From: Octopus vulgaris
Taxonomy: Eukaryota
Direction: 5' to 3'
Length of the DNA stretch: 64,000 bases
Assembly (NCBI GenBank): GCA_951406725.2
Contig: OX597825.1
Location: forward strand, 73,284,001 to 73,348,000
In this document: in pieces, positions 1 through 13,190 of the stretch
Numbering within the stretch: the first letter of the stretch is position 1
Layout of the letters: the number at the start of each line of letters is the position of its first letter
The notes under the pieces: generated by a model
Told to the model about the DNA's origin: nothing
The model's input: the letters and a program-made list of their open reading frames with translations, nothing else
Databases searched by the model: none
Program-made: the position numbers and the translations under genes

Positions 1-75
1 TTGTACTCTGTTTTTTCGTTGTTAAAAAAAGTCCGTTTCCTTTTTTGATTTTATATTTTCATTTCTCGTTGTGTT

Positions 76-100
76 CTACGTTTATTTGTGGTGTCCTGTA

Positions 101-158
<58 letters not shown>

Positions 159-563
159 TGATAAATAAAAATATATGCATACATACAAACATATATGTAC
201 GTACCTACATCTACATGTATATATACATGCATATATAAATAATTATACGTGAGTACAGGACATCACAATAAGACGTAGAAACGGAAAAAAAAACAAAAAA
301 ACAAAAAACAAGAAAACGAAAAACGAAAGACAAGAAAACGAAAAACAATTACAGGACGAGCTACACAAGGACAAAACCCCCGTCATCAGCTGTCGCTAGT
401 GGAGTCAGGCATGTATATATATATATATGCATGTATATATACATATAGATATAGGTATGTACATATATGTATATATGTATGTATGTATGCATATGTTTTA
501 TTTGTTAAATTATTATATGATTGAACGCCTCGCGTCACTTTCTTGTCTCTCCAAGTAAGTTTT

Positions 564-570
<7 letters not shown>
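76..570. mobile_element. Penelope-like pLTR-type repeat fragments, inverted pair around a (TA)n tract
   Basis: 76-104 is the near reverse complement of 250-278. CTGATGA lies on the minus strand at about 383-389. 510-565 resembles 7530-7575. Confidence 0.5.
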
Positions 571-604
<34 letters not shown>

Positions 605-761
605 CGTGAGTAAATATATATATATGCACACACTCACATAGATACCCCAACAAACATATGTATAACTTTATACATATGTAAAATTAAATTATTTCCAGTT
701 TTATTGGGAAAAAATTAGTTAATCATTTTTTGATATAATGTAATTTGTCCCCCAAAATCTA

Positions 762-817
<56 letters not shown>

Positions 818-1307
818 AATAGCGATATTAGTTATCTTTCTGACGTGTTGGAACCAAGTACTTGTGATGTTGATTGCATGTAATGTGTTTATGAAGAGGG
901 AGAATAATTATGGACAAAGGAAGAGGAGAAATATAACTTCAGAATCTTAAGAGACAACATTGTATATTTAAATGAATTTAGTTCACAGTATATCTGTTCT
1001 CATTATATTGTGCTGCTTTCATAAATGAAATTATACACACATGTATATATATCTCTCATTCGATCTCTCCCTCCCTCCATCCTACTATCTCTGTTGCCTG
1101 TTTGTTTGTCTGTCTGTCTGTCTGTCTCTCTCTCTCCTGCTATTTATATATATAAGAGTGTATAAAAATTTATACGCAGAAAGAAGACCCTTGACAGCAC
1201 TTCTTACATGCTAAAAAGGGCAGTTAAACCCAAACCATGAAAAGAATAATTCTAAAGGCACGCTGATAATAGCACTAGAATGAATAGAAACAAAAGAATT
1301 ATTAGTT

Positions 1308-1378
1308 AATCCCATACTCGAGTTTCTCTATTAATGTGCAAATAAATTAATCAGTCATCTGTAGTTCATCAGTGAGAT
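1308..1378 (-). ncRNA. Minimal type I hammerhead ribozyme motif
   Basis: Minus strand reads atctca-CTGATGA-acta...taga-GAAAC-tcga-GTA-tgggat. Stem III ACTCGAGT is palindromic. The first stem II pair is mismatched. Confidence 0.7.
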
Positions 1379-1686
1379 CGCTAAAAGAAGGCATAATCAT
1401 GTGGCTTAAAAAATCATGTACCAAAAAAACATGTGTAAGCCCCATCTTTATACCCTTTTATATATAATAAATGGTAATAAATTATTCTAATTATTTTACC
1501 CCCATAATTTACACAGTAAAATTTCCTAATTCTGAGGCCATATAGGGCACAGTTTTAAGTTTATTATTTGCTGCTGGACTATTTGACTGCGCTTGCGTGC
1601 TTGATTTGAATTCATAATGTATAAAGATGGAGCTCTCACGTGTTTTTAGGAACATATTAAGCTACATAATTATGCATTCTTTTAGC

Positions 1687-1758
1687 AATCCCGCTGATGA
1701 ACTACAGATGACAAATTAATTTATTTTCTCATTAATAGCGAAACTTGAGTATGGGATT
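1687..1758 (+). ncRNA. Minimal type I hammerhead ribozyme motif
   Basis: aatcccg-CTGATGA(1694-1700)-stem II-GAAAC(1740-1744)-ttga-GTA-tgggatt, with a 7-bp stem I. The first stem II pair is A-C. Confidence 0.75.
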
Positions 1759-2147
1759 AACTAATAATTCTTTTGTTTCTATTCATTCTAGTGCTATTAT
1801 CAGCGTGCCTTTAGAATTATTCTTTTCCTGGTTTGGGTTTAAATGCCCTTTTTAGCATGTAAGCAGTCTTGTCAAGGGCCTTCTCTTTGTGTATAAATCT
1901 TTATACACTCTTATATATAAAAATATGTTGTCATGACTTTTATTATGCATGCGAACCCCTGATAATAAATTATTCTAATTTTTTACTCCCATAATTTACA
2001 CAGTATACATACATACATATATATATATATATGCTTGTTTGGAAGAACCAGTGCAAAAACGACCATGATGATAATGGTGATGTTGATGATAATGATGTTT
2101 GTCTGTCTGTCTGTCTGTATGTATGTATGTATGTGTATGTGTGTATA

Positions 2148-2505
2148 TGGCTGTGTGGTAAGAAGCTTGCTTCCCAAAAACATGGTTCTGGGTTCAGTCC
2201 CACTGCATGGCATCTTGAGCAAGTGTTTTACGAGTGGATTTGGTAGATGGAAACTGAAAGAAACCCATCAAATATATGTATGTGTGTGTGTGTGTGTGTT
2301 TGTCCCAGCCCCACTGCTTGACAGCTGATGTTGGTTTGTTTACATTCCCATAACTTAGAGGTTTGGCAAAAAAATAAAACCCATTAGAATAAGTCCCAGG
2401 TTTTGAAAAATAAGTCATGGGGTCAATTTATTCGACTAAAAGTTCTTCAAAGTGGTGCCCCATTATGGCCATAGTCTAATGACTGAAACAGATAAAAGGT
2501 AAAAG
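2148..2505 (+). mobile_element. tRNA-derived SINE family A (internal microsatellite), internally deleted copy
   Basis: TGGCTGTGTGGTAAG A-box-like and GGTTCAGTCCC B-box-like head, with the same body and tail as the 13800, 33551 and 54083 copies. Confidence 0.85.
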
Positions 2506-2506
2506 A

Positions 2507-2950
2507 TGTATGTATATGTAAATATATGTTTGCATTTATGTATGTATGTATGAATGTATGTATGTATGTATGTATGTATGTATGTATGTGTATGTGTGTA
2601 TGTATGTGTGTTGTGTGTGTATGTATGCATGTGTTGTGTGTGTATGTATGTGTGTATGTATGAATGTATGTATGTATGTATGTATGTATGTATGTATGTA
2701 TGTATGTATGTATGTATGTATGTATGTATGTATGTATGTATGTATGTATATGAATATGTGTATGTATAAATGTATGCTTGTATGTATATGCGGAAAATGC
2801 TTGTATGTATGGTGTCTGTCTCTTTGTCTGTCTGTCTGTCTGTCTGTCTGTATTGTGTGTACGTATGTGTGTGTGTGTAAGTGTGTTGTGCGTGTATGTA
2901 TGTATATGTGTTGTATGTGTATGTATGTATGTATGTATGTATGCATGTAC

Positions 2951-2982
<32 letters not shown>

Positions 2983-3011
2983 GTATGTATGTATGCATGC
3001 ATGTATATATG

Positions 3012-3087
<76 letters not shown>

Positions 3088-3090
3088 TGT
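2507..3090. repeat. (TATG)n/(TA)n compound microsatellite
   Basis: Direct reading. Confidence 0.95.
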
Positions 3091-3769
3091 AGTGAATATT
3101 GAAGAAAAAAGTCTCCACCAACTGAATTTACAAGAACTCATAGTCTGAGAAGACTTACTTAAAAAAAAAAAAATCCTAAAAACTTTGAAATCTAACAAGA
3201 AAAAAATTTTCCCCAAAAATATTCTAATATTTGTAGCAAATTATTATCTGAGATTTTAGCTAAAATAAGATAAAATATAATAAAAAGAAAATTTGTTTAA
3301 TGCTAGGAATTGTATAGCAGATAAACAATGCACAGATGAAGTCATACAGAAAATCTTGATGAAATAAATACTTAGCATTGTGGAATAAACTACAGACATA
3401 AAATAGATGTAAATTCCTGGGTAAATCAGATGCTGAAGAATGGGTCTTTCTCTGTGGAATGGAAAGAAAATGTTTTTTGTTTTAATTGTTCTTTCTAAAG
3501 ATATTCTCCATGTTGTGTGTGGTTAAGAGGTTCAGTTCTCAAACACAAACATGTAGTTCTGAGTTCAGACCCACTGCTTGGTACATGCTTGGTTCATTGA
3601 TGTTGGAGGACTCCAACACGTCAGTGTTTCAACCTGATGGTGTTTCTTTCATTTCTTTAGTAAAAAATTCCCCCACATCAATGAATCAAATCAAGAATGG
3701 TCGTTCTTGTTTATAAATTTCAGTAAACTATTTCCTGATGTATACTGATGATTGGGAAATAGATGATAA

Positions 3770-4232
3770 TTTACCAGCTGTGATACCTGTGCCGGTGGCA
3801 CGTAAGCGAACCATCTGATCGTGGCCGTTGCCAGCGCTGCCCCGACTGGCTTCCGTGCCGGTGGCACGTAAAAAGCACCATCATGGCCGTTTGCCAGCCT
3901 CGCCTGGCCCCCGTGCCGGTGGCACGTAAAAAGCACCATCCAATCGTGGCCGTTTGCCAGCCTCGCCTGGCCCCCGTAAAAAGCACCATCGTAAAAAGCA
4001 CCATCGTGGCCGTTTGCCAGCCCTGTCTGGCACCTGTGCCGGTGGCACGTAAAAATCACCCACTACACTCACGGAGTGGTTGGCGTTAGGAAAGGCATCC
4101 AGCCGTAGAAACATTGCCAGATCAGACTGGGCCTGGTGCAGCCTTCTGGCTTCCCAGACCGCAGTTGAACCGTCCAACCCATGCTAGCATGGAAAGCGGA
4201 CGCTAAATGATGATGATGATGATGATGATGAT
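3770..4232 (+). mobile_element. SINE-like retroposon family C with internal GTGCCGGTGGCAC tandem units and (GAT)n tail
   Basis: The 3' part TGGTTGGCGTTAGGAAGGGCATCC...CATGGAAAGCGGACGCTAAA(TGA)n is shared with the 38297, 6291, 47955 and 51475 copies. Confidence 0.8.
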
Positions 4233-5199
4233 GACATGAAACAGAGACAATCGAAACGCTGATGTGTATATTGATTCTTAACATGTCCTGGCTGATTTGA
4301 ATTTAATCATGCTAGCAGCTGTTGTATTTTGTTTCAGAACAATTTCCTTCAGATTATTTATGTCGAGACAACACACACGATTCAGTGTTGTAAGAGGACT
4401 TTGAGACACTGGTGTCTCGTGTTGGTTATGTCTCTTCAGGCAATGATACTTCCAAATTACCGAACCTAAACAAGAATGATAGTTCTTATTGATTTCAGTA
4501 AACAAATAATTTGCTGATCCATGCTGTTGTCTGCCAAGTTGATATTGAATTATTAAAACCATGAAAAACAATGAGAATGAAAACAATAATGTGTATTAGA
4601 CACAGTGATGATAAAATGCTAATGTCTGAAAATTTCAAGGTGTCATTGATATTGATTGTGTTATCAATGCATATTGCTTGAAGGGGAAAAGTATTTGCCA
4701 AAGGCAGAATACAACAGCATGTGGCATATTCACATTTAAATCTGCTGGAACATGTTAAGAAAAACTATGTGGATCATAGTTTAGAAAAGCTGTCTTTTGT
4801 AGTTGTTCAAGGGGAATGTTAACCATATTGATTTAACCAGTTTTGGAGGACCTGCAATGATTTGGAGCACAGCCCTTTCTTCTAGAACCAAACCATTATT
4901 AACAAATAGGCGGGAGGAACACTGCTAAAATGACAAATGTTTCATTGGACTCATAGTCCAGTGAAACATATGCTCTGGGGTTGATGGAATCAAATAGCCT
5001 CACTAACCTGCTTCCATTACATGACCTGCAACTAGAAAGAGGCCAAGGGCCTACTGGTTCTTATATATAAACGTTATTGAACTTGCAATCCATTGATTGA
5101 TAGCTATTAACATCCATCAGTTTTTGATGCTTACAGTACCTGGGAGATCCATGGGTCCTCAACAATAGAGTGGTCTCAGAATCGACTGTCATTTGGCTT

Positions 5200-5345
5200 T
5201 CTGACTGAATTTCCAAGTGTGGTCTACTGTGATTATGGATATTATCCAACCACCTCATTCTTGGTTTGTCCTTAGGACTCCTGCTCATTAAGCCCAGCTC
5301 AAAGAATCTACCTTGTAATCCTTTCCTGCAACACTTTAACCACAA
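5200..5345 (-). mobile_element. Decayed RTE-like LINE 3' fragment
   Basis: Translation RSPKDKPRMRWLDNI resembles the RTE C-terminal R-x-x-G-R-P-R-x-R-W-x-D motif. Confidence 0.5.
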
Positions 5346-5790
5346 GTCCTTGGTACTGGACCTGTGACCTCCTCCCCCACAATACAGAGAAGTAGCAACT
5401 TAACCTGAAGAGATTCCTTGACCTGAAGAGATTCCTTGACCTTTGAACAATGCATCCTGACACCCAGCAGGTAACATTATATCAAAGATCATAGCTATCA
5501 AAATGAATAATTAGATAATTGCCTTCATCAATCACGAAATGAAAATTGCCTAACAAGGAAAACAAACCTAATTTTATGATAATTAAGATAAAAACTTTTG
5601 CTTTTATAATGGTTTTATATTGTGTCTTGGAATAAAGGAGACAAGGAAAGTTTGATTTATCGCAGAATAACATTTGGAGGTCGAATAACACACAGGGGAA
5701 GAATGCTGAAGATGACTTCAGTTGATATTTCTCCATTGTTCTTTCTTGTCAAAACAATATTAGGAAAAAACATGAATATGTATGTATGTA

Positions 5791-5824
<34 letters not shown>

Positions 5825-5852
5825 AATATATAAGTATATATGTGTGTATATG

Positions 5853-5904
<52 letters not shown>

Positions 5905-5912
5905 TGTAAGTA

Positions 5913-5956
<44 letters not shown>

Positions 5957-5997
5957 CATATATTTGTATATTTATATATGTAAATGTGTTATGTATG

Positions 5998-6032
<35 letters not shown>

Positions 6033-6290
6033 AAATATATGTATATGCATGCATGCACACTCACATACATACAAATCATGATAATATTGATGATGATGAT
6101 AAGAAGAATATATACATACATATATATATGTGTGTGTATATGTGTGTGTATACACACACATATACATGCGTAAGCATAGACATATCTGAGAATAAATGTA
6201 TATTCTTATATAAGTGCATATCCAAGTATAAACACTTAAGACTGTCTATCTTATACACACAAACTCACTCTTAAATGTGTGTGTGTGTGT

Positions 6291-6325
<35 letters not shown>

Positions 6326-6650
6326 TTAGCGTCCGCTTTCCATGCTGACATGGGTTGGACGGTTTGACTGAAAACTGGTAAACCAGGGCGCTGCAGCAAG
6401 ATTTCTACAACTGGATGCCCTTCCTAGCGCCAACCACTCCAAGAATGTAGTGTGTGCTTTTTATGTGCCACTGGCACAGGTGCCATTGACATGACACCGG
6501 CATCAACCATGACTACCATTTCACTTGGCTTGACAGGTCTACACAAGCACGGTATATTATCAAACGTCTTGGTCACCTATCCCTGCCTCCGAGAGGCTCA
6601 ATGCTTCAAAGGTGCTTTTTATGTACCACCAGCATGGTTACCAATCAGAT
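6291..6650 (-). mobile_element. Family C retroposon copy
   Basis: Reverse complement of the 3770-4232 3' part, with a (CAT)n tail at 6291-6325. Confidence 0.8.
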
Positions 6651-6878
6651 AACACTAGTATTTCATTATGTGTGTCCTATGTATATCCTGCTGAAGACGA
6701 AAAGCCATTGGGCAAATCTAAAAATTAGCTAACCCATAGCTATCTGTTTTATTAATAATTTCAGTTGGCTTGTTATGTCGAATTCAACACGTGTTTGTGA
6801 CATTTTATTTTAGTGGTGAGACGATTTAGTGTCTATTTCTCAGCATATAGGCTAGAAAAGTTTTCTCAGCCCTTGTTA

Positions 6879-6944
<66 letters not shown>

Positions 6945-6948
<4 letters not shown>

Positions 6949-7130
6949 ACATGATAGATCGCTAGCCACTACACATTCTTTATTTTCTCTCTTTATTTTC
7001 TCTCCTTGTTTCTTTCTGTGTTCCTGTCTGTGGAAGAGCATAGGCTCGAAACGTTAAAAACTTTTTCAATTACCGAGCATTAAACCAATACATCTGTTTG
7101 TTGTCTATACCACCTGTCTTGGTCTTGTAT
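6945..7130 (+). mobile_element. pLTR-like repeat with a variant hammerhead-like core
   Basis: CTGTGGA-A-GAGC-atag-GCTC-GAAAC at 7028-7052. Same family as 37100-37475. Embedded in (TA)n. Confidence 0.55.
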
Positions 7131-7157
7131 ATGTATACATATACATATATATATATG

Positions 7158-7188
<31 letters not shown>

Positions 7189-7214
7189 TTATATGTGTGT
7201 GTGTGTGTGTGTAT

Positions 7215-8275
7215 ACATTTATTTAATTTGCTTTGTGGGAAGGACTGTTTTAACGAAGTCGCACCTTGTCCCTACCTTTGAAACGTGGAGAAGATAAAAC
7301 AGGGGACAACTGATGAAGGGAATGTTCTTTATGTTGCCTGTCTCGTTCTCTATTTGTTTCTTTCGTTGTTCGAAAAAAGTTCGTTTTCTATGTTTTTGTT
7401 TTTTATGTTCTCGTTTCTCATTTTGTTCCCGTTTTTTTTTTGACGTTCTGTACCCTTAAATGCAGCTATATATACATGTATACATAGGTATGGACATATA
7501 TGTAAATATTCATATATTATTTATATTGTTATATGATTGAATGCCACGCATCCAATTCCAAGTAAGTTTTATCTTAATAATCCGATGCGCACTCTACATC
7601 CTATCTCTATTCTTTCTATCCATCTCCCTCTCCTCTTCTTCTTCCTTTCTATTTTTCTCTCCCACCCGTTCCCTATTCTTTTCCTCTCCCCTTAACCGTT
7701 CCCTCTCTATCTCTCACTCTTCCTCATTCACTCTCTCGTTGCTCACACGTGGCCAACAGCTATCTATCTTTCTTTCTTCTACTTCCTTCTTAAAGACAAA
7801 ACGTGCTTTTGCCTGTCTTTTCTCAAAGCTCGTTATTCCAGCGTTCTCCACTTCACCTCGTCTTAGCTTAACAGCCCCCACCGTTCCTTTTTACTATTTT
7901 GTTCTTACTGTCCTGTTTTTGTTACCACTTTAACCCTTTGCAATATATCCCAAATTTTATTCAATTTGCTTCGTGGGAAGGACTGTTTTAACGAAGTCAC
8001 CTCTTGTCCCTACCTTCAAAATGCGGAGTAGATGAAACAGGGGACAACTGATGAAGGGAATGTTCCTTATGTTGCCTGTCTCGTTTCTCTATTTGTTTCT
8101 TTCGTTGTTCGAAAAATGTACATTTTCTTGTTTTTGTTTTTCATGTTCTTTTTTCTCATTTTGTGCATGTTTTATTCATGTCCTGTACCCATAAATGCAT
8201 GTCTATATACATATATATGTAGATATGTACATATATGCATATATTTATAAATTATTTATATTATTATACATACAT
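7215..8275 (+). mobile_element. Tandem direct pLTR-like repeats (about 7215-7540 and 7955-8275)
   Basis: Two diverged direct copies, each containing GGGGACAACTGATGAAGGG. Related to 300-570. Confidence 0.6.
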
Positions 8276-8294
8276 ATACATACATATGTATATA

Positions 8295-8344
<50 letters not shown>

Positions 8345-8361
8345 TATATACATACATACAA

Positions 8362-8430
<69 letters not shown>

Positions 8431-8734
8431 CATACATATATATATACACACACACACACATATATTATCGATATGGTTGTCTTTGAATATTATGATATCC
8501 AAAAACATTGTCGAAAATGTTAAATGTTGTTTCACCAAATTACATTAGTTGTCTGGTGTGCAGACACTCTTCCTGGCTCTTTTCTTGCTGTATATATTCC
8601 ATAATGGTAACTGCCAACTGTTATTAATATAAATATTCTCAGATCTTCTTCTGTGTTCTTCTTCTCGTCTAAGATTTCTGATGTTTGTAGCAGACATTTT
8701 GTTTTGGGATATATTGATTTATTACCATCAGAGT

Positions 8735-8761
8735 CATCATTGCCATTAATATCATCAATTG

Positions 8762-8836
<75 letters not shown>

Positions 8837-9570
8837 ATATCATCACCATTGGCATCATCATCATCGTCATTGTCGTCGTCATCGTCGTCATCATCATCAT
8901 CACCATGGTTGTCATCATCTTCATCACCGTCATCGTCATCAACATCACCGTAATCATCACTGTCATCATCATCACCATCATCACCGTCATCATCATCACT
9001 GTCATCATCATCACTGTCATCATCATCAGCATCACCATTAACATCATCATCATCATCATCATCACCGTCATCGTCATCAACATCATCGTAATCATCACTG
9101 TCATCATCATCATCATCACCGTCATCATCATCACTGTCATCATCATCATCATCATCATCACCATTAACATCATCATCATCATCATCATCACCATGGTCGT
9201 CGTCATCATCATCATCATAATCATCATCATAATCATCATCACCATCATCATCATCACCGTCATCATCAACATCGTCATCGTCATCATCATCATCACCATC
9301 ATCATCATCATCGTCATCATCATCATCGTCATCATGGTCGTCATCATCATCATCATCATCATCACCGTTATCATCAACATCATCTATGTTGTCTTTGTCA
9401 TCACTGTCAATGTTATCATCAATGTCATTGTGGTCGTTTTTGTCATCATTGTCATCATTGTTATCAATATTGTCATCGTTGCCATCGTTGCTGCCACCAT
9501 GATCAGCATCATTGTCATTGTTGCCATCCTCTTCCTCATCTTCCTCCTCATCTGCTTCTTCATCTTCTTT
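8735..9570. repeat. Degenerate (ATC)n trinucleotide array
   Basis: Direct reading. Source of the poly-M, poly-I and poly-S ORFs. Confidence 0.95.
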
Positions 9571-9935
9571 CTCTAATAAGTACCTTTTGTTGGCGGTGGC
9601 AGTGGAACAAACTGAGGTTATCGTACTGACTCAAGATCAAGCATTTCTAAGAGAGAGTTATATTTATTTGAATCATCCCTCATTAAATAACTGGTATCTA
9701 TATTTCTAACCCTGCTTCAATTTGAACTGAGAACGTAGGAAGATGGAAGTAGATATTGTGCAAAATTATGTAGCCCCTAATGAAGCAGAACTATGATCAA
9801 TGACAATCCAGCCATGACAGTGTCATCTCTTTGTATTTCTTTGGCATCATTGTTAAATGTCCCCTTTAATTTAAACCTTTTTGATACCAGCCCATCTGAC
9901 TATGCCCCTGGTTTCTGTAATACAAACTTCCTGCT

Positions 9936-10163
9936 TTAACCCTTTCATTACTGTATTTATTTTGAGAAGCTCTATGCTTCTTTCAATTACTTTAGATATA
10001 ACAAAAAATTTAGTAAAATAACTTAGTTATCATTCAGCTAGTGTTAGGAACATAAATTGTGATTAATGTTTGGTGGAAGATTTTAATTCAAAATTTATGA
10101 AAACAAGACATTTGTACTCAGAGCCAGAGCCAGTTTCAGCCAGGTTGGTAAAAAAAGGGTTAA
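9936..10163. mobile_element. piggyBac-like MITE
   Basis: TTAA-CCCTTT...AAAGGG-TTAA termini. Same family as 61374-61593 and 62063-62290. Confidence 0.85.
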
Positions 10164-10228
10164 AATAGATTTGTCTATGAGAAGTTGCTCACTGGTAAAA
10201 TGCAGTTTGCATGGACAAACTTTTAGCA

Positions 10229-10790
10229 CCTTTCAATACCAGTCTACCTGAGAACTGCGCTTAGTTCTTTAACACATATCTCTCTATATATAAACGGCAA
10301 AATGTATGTCTGTGTGTGTGTCCTTTATACAAATCCACATTTTTTTAATTAGAGGGCTCGCACTTTCTATGGTTATTTAAAACCCTCCAAGGGTGGTCGT
10401 GCACATCTTTACATTTCCACAGTTGCCCCACAAAGCCATGAAAATATCAATAGAAATGACTTTTTTGTGAATTTTCTATCCAAAACCCAATCAAAATGCC
10501 CGAAACGTGATACGCCAATTGAATGCCAGCTAGCTGTATGTGATTGGTCGGAGATTTGGACGTTGCCGGGTCATAGTGCTAGTTTTCTATATTTCCTAAG
10601 TTAAAAAATCTTAATTAAAATCTTTCTTCAAAATTCCCTGTTGATCTATGTTCCAAATGTCAGTTTAATAACAACAAAGTCATTTTACAAAATTCTTCGT
10701 TATTTTCAAAAGAAATCCTTAATATTATCATCAAATTAATAGAAACAAATACAGTTTATTCCAAAAGAATTATGGTAATGAAAGGGGTTG
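10229..10790. mobile_element. Second piggyBac-like MITE family copy, interrupted by a Helitron-like insert
   Basis: Left end CCTTTCAATACCAG resembles 9871-9935. Right end is GGTAATGAAAGGGG. Confidence 0.55.
10279..10582 (+). mobile_element. Non-autonomous Helitron-like element
   Basis: 5' A|TCTCTCTATATATAA and 3' GCTAG|T, inserted in an A-T dinucleotide with no TSD. The subterminal GC segment GCCGGGTC is only a partial hairpin. Confidence 0.65.
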
Positions 10791-11789
10791 TAATGTGTGA
10801 TTTCACAGAGATATGACTGCTATATTTTCCGGTTAGGAGACCACATTGATGCATCATTAATGGCTCTCATTAATATAAAGTACTTCGTTCCAATATACTT
10901 TGTCTGTCACAAACTCAATCAACAGACTTTTCTATTAGAATTCTCCAACTTCTAGAATAGTTGCCATCATCATGACTCACTATAATCACACTTCATTCCA
11001 ATATTCTTTGTGTAAACTCCATACCTTTATTCTTGCAGTTTCATATAAGTTTTGATATTCTAACATTCTGTTATTCTATAATTACATTATTGGTATTGTT
11101 TGTTTTGTATGTGTGTAGAGCTATTAACTCTAATACAGTGGTATTAAACCATCTGTCACAACCAACCCCTCTTAAATGTGAAGTACAGAGAAGATACAAC
11201 TGGGGTTTCTGTCATTAAAGCAAGGGCGTATGGTGCATACCTAACACGCACACACACACACACACAGAGACACTCACACACACACACACTCTCTCTCTCT
11301 CTCTTTCTTTCTCTATCCAATCGTCATTTTAAGCCAGTATCACACAGCACCAGACAACCTGAGATCAGTTTGACAATTACCACTGATGGATGCAAGAAAG
11401 TTTTTTGGAAAAGTTAACAAAGAATCTTTAGAAAATCTCTCCACTGAGGTTAAAGAACTTACTAGATCTACAAACCAAACCGTAAAATTATATTATCAAA
11501 GAATCATTCAATCTAACAGCATTCAATCTAAATATAGACAGGATTAAACACTAACTTTAAAATTAAACTGCAACAAGAAACACATAAATCTATGTACATC
11601 TGTATTGGTATTAATAGTAAACCTACAATAACTAAATTATATACTAAATAGAAGACCAATCTTAAAGTCCATGCAAATAATAATCCCGCCGATCTTCCAT
11701 AGTTACTGCTATAATAAAAGAAAGTGAAAGCGTTATTTCAATTCTCTCCAATCAAAAACATGTGTGTGTGTATGTATGTATACACACGC

Positions 11790-11837
<48 letters not shown>

Positions 11838-12186
11838 CTTTTGTTTGCTTTTGTATCTGATTTCTTCAGCAAAAAGGTTGAGCATAGAAATTATTAAATT
11901 TTTTTGTTGAAATGTTTGCCTGCTCATTCTGTTTAAATATCAAATGATTTCTGTGAGGAGGAATGTTTTTCAAATCTTGGTCAAATAATTTCATATTCTT
12001 CTCTATCATCTCATTGCTGTGAAAAGAACTGAATGATGATTCCTCAAAGGTTTTCTGCCATTGATGGTGATGAAAACAATATATCTTATGTCACTTTTTA
12101 GTAGAAAACAAAATATTTTTATAATTTTAAAATTAATTAGAAAAATGAACAAAGATTACTAGAGTTATTATTATCATTATTATTAT

Positions 12187-12521
12187 TCAGTAGTTCCACT
12201 TTTATAGCGTGCTTTCACTTCACTACCGAGCGCAGCTCTGTGTGCCTTGGGTATGTGCTGTGATTTGTTGTGATGCTCTGATGGTTATTGTATGGAAAGT
12301 GTTCTGCGTAGGATGTGTGCAGTGCCTAGTAGTGCAATTTTCTGTATGTTATATGTGTTTGTAAGTCCTGGTGTTTTTGTTATGTATCTGTCTGAATATT
12401 TTTTTATCATGCCTAATGCACCTACTATGATAGGAATTGTTTCTGTTTTCAGATTCCACATTCTAGTTACCTCTATTTCCAGGTCTTTGTATTTTGAGAG
12501 TTTCTCCATTTCTTTTAGAGA

Positions 12522-12590
<69 letters not shown>

Positions 12591-12928
12591 CATTCAGTGG
12601 TTTTATTTTTATAGCTTGCTTTCACTTCACTACGAAGCACAGCTCTGTGTGCCTTGGGTATGTGCTGTGATTTGTTGTGATGCTCTGATGGTTATTGTAT
12701 GGAAAGTGTTCTGCGTAGGATGTGTGCAGTGCCTAGTAGTGCAATTTTCTGTATGTTATATGTGTTTGTAAGTCCTGGTGTTTTTGTTATGTATCTGTCT
12801 GAATATTTTTTTATCATGCCTAATGCACCTACTATGATAGGAATTGTTTCTGTTTTCAGATTCCACATTCTAGTTACCTCTATTTCCAGGTCTTTGTATT
12901 TTGAGAGTTTCTCCATTTCTTTTAGAGA

Positions 12929-13000
<72 letters not shown>

Positions 13001-13190
13001 CATTCAGTGGTTTTATTTTTATAGCTTGCTTTCACTTCACTACGAAGCACAGCTCTGTGTGCCTTGGGTATGTGCTGTGATTTGTTGTGATGCTCTGATG
13101 GTTACTGTATTGAAAGTGTTCTGTGTAAGATGTGTGCAGTGCCTAGTAGTGCAATTTTCTGTATGTTATATGTTTGTACGTCCTGGTGTT

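Larger units (their letters stand above)
1141..2005. mobile_element. Non-coding fold-back element (inverted pLTR-like pair) with a hammerhead in each arm
   Basis: Arms 1141-1453 and 1619-1925 are reverse complements. 1470-1520 recurs as a direct repeat at 1960-2005. Confidence 0.8.

Noticed and set aside
3785-4060. CRISPR-like repeat spacing
   Set aside because: The intervening sequences are themselves repeated, the units lie inside a retroposon, the context is eukaryotic and there are no cas genes.
8540-8680. Minus-strand open frame NLRREEEHRRRSENIY...
   Set aside because: Weak acceptor, phase incompatible with the SK donor and no homology.
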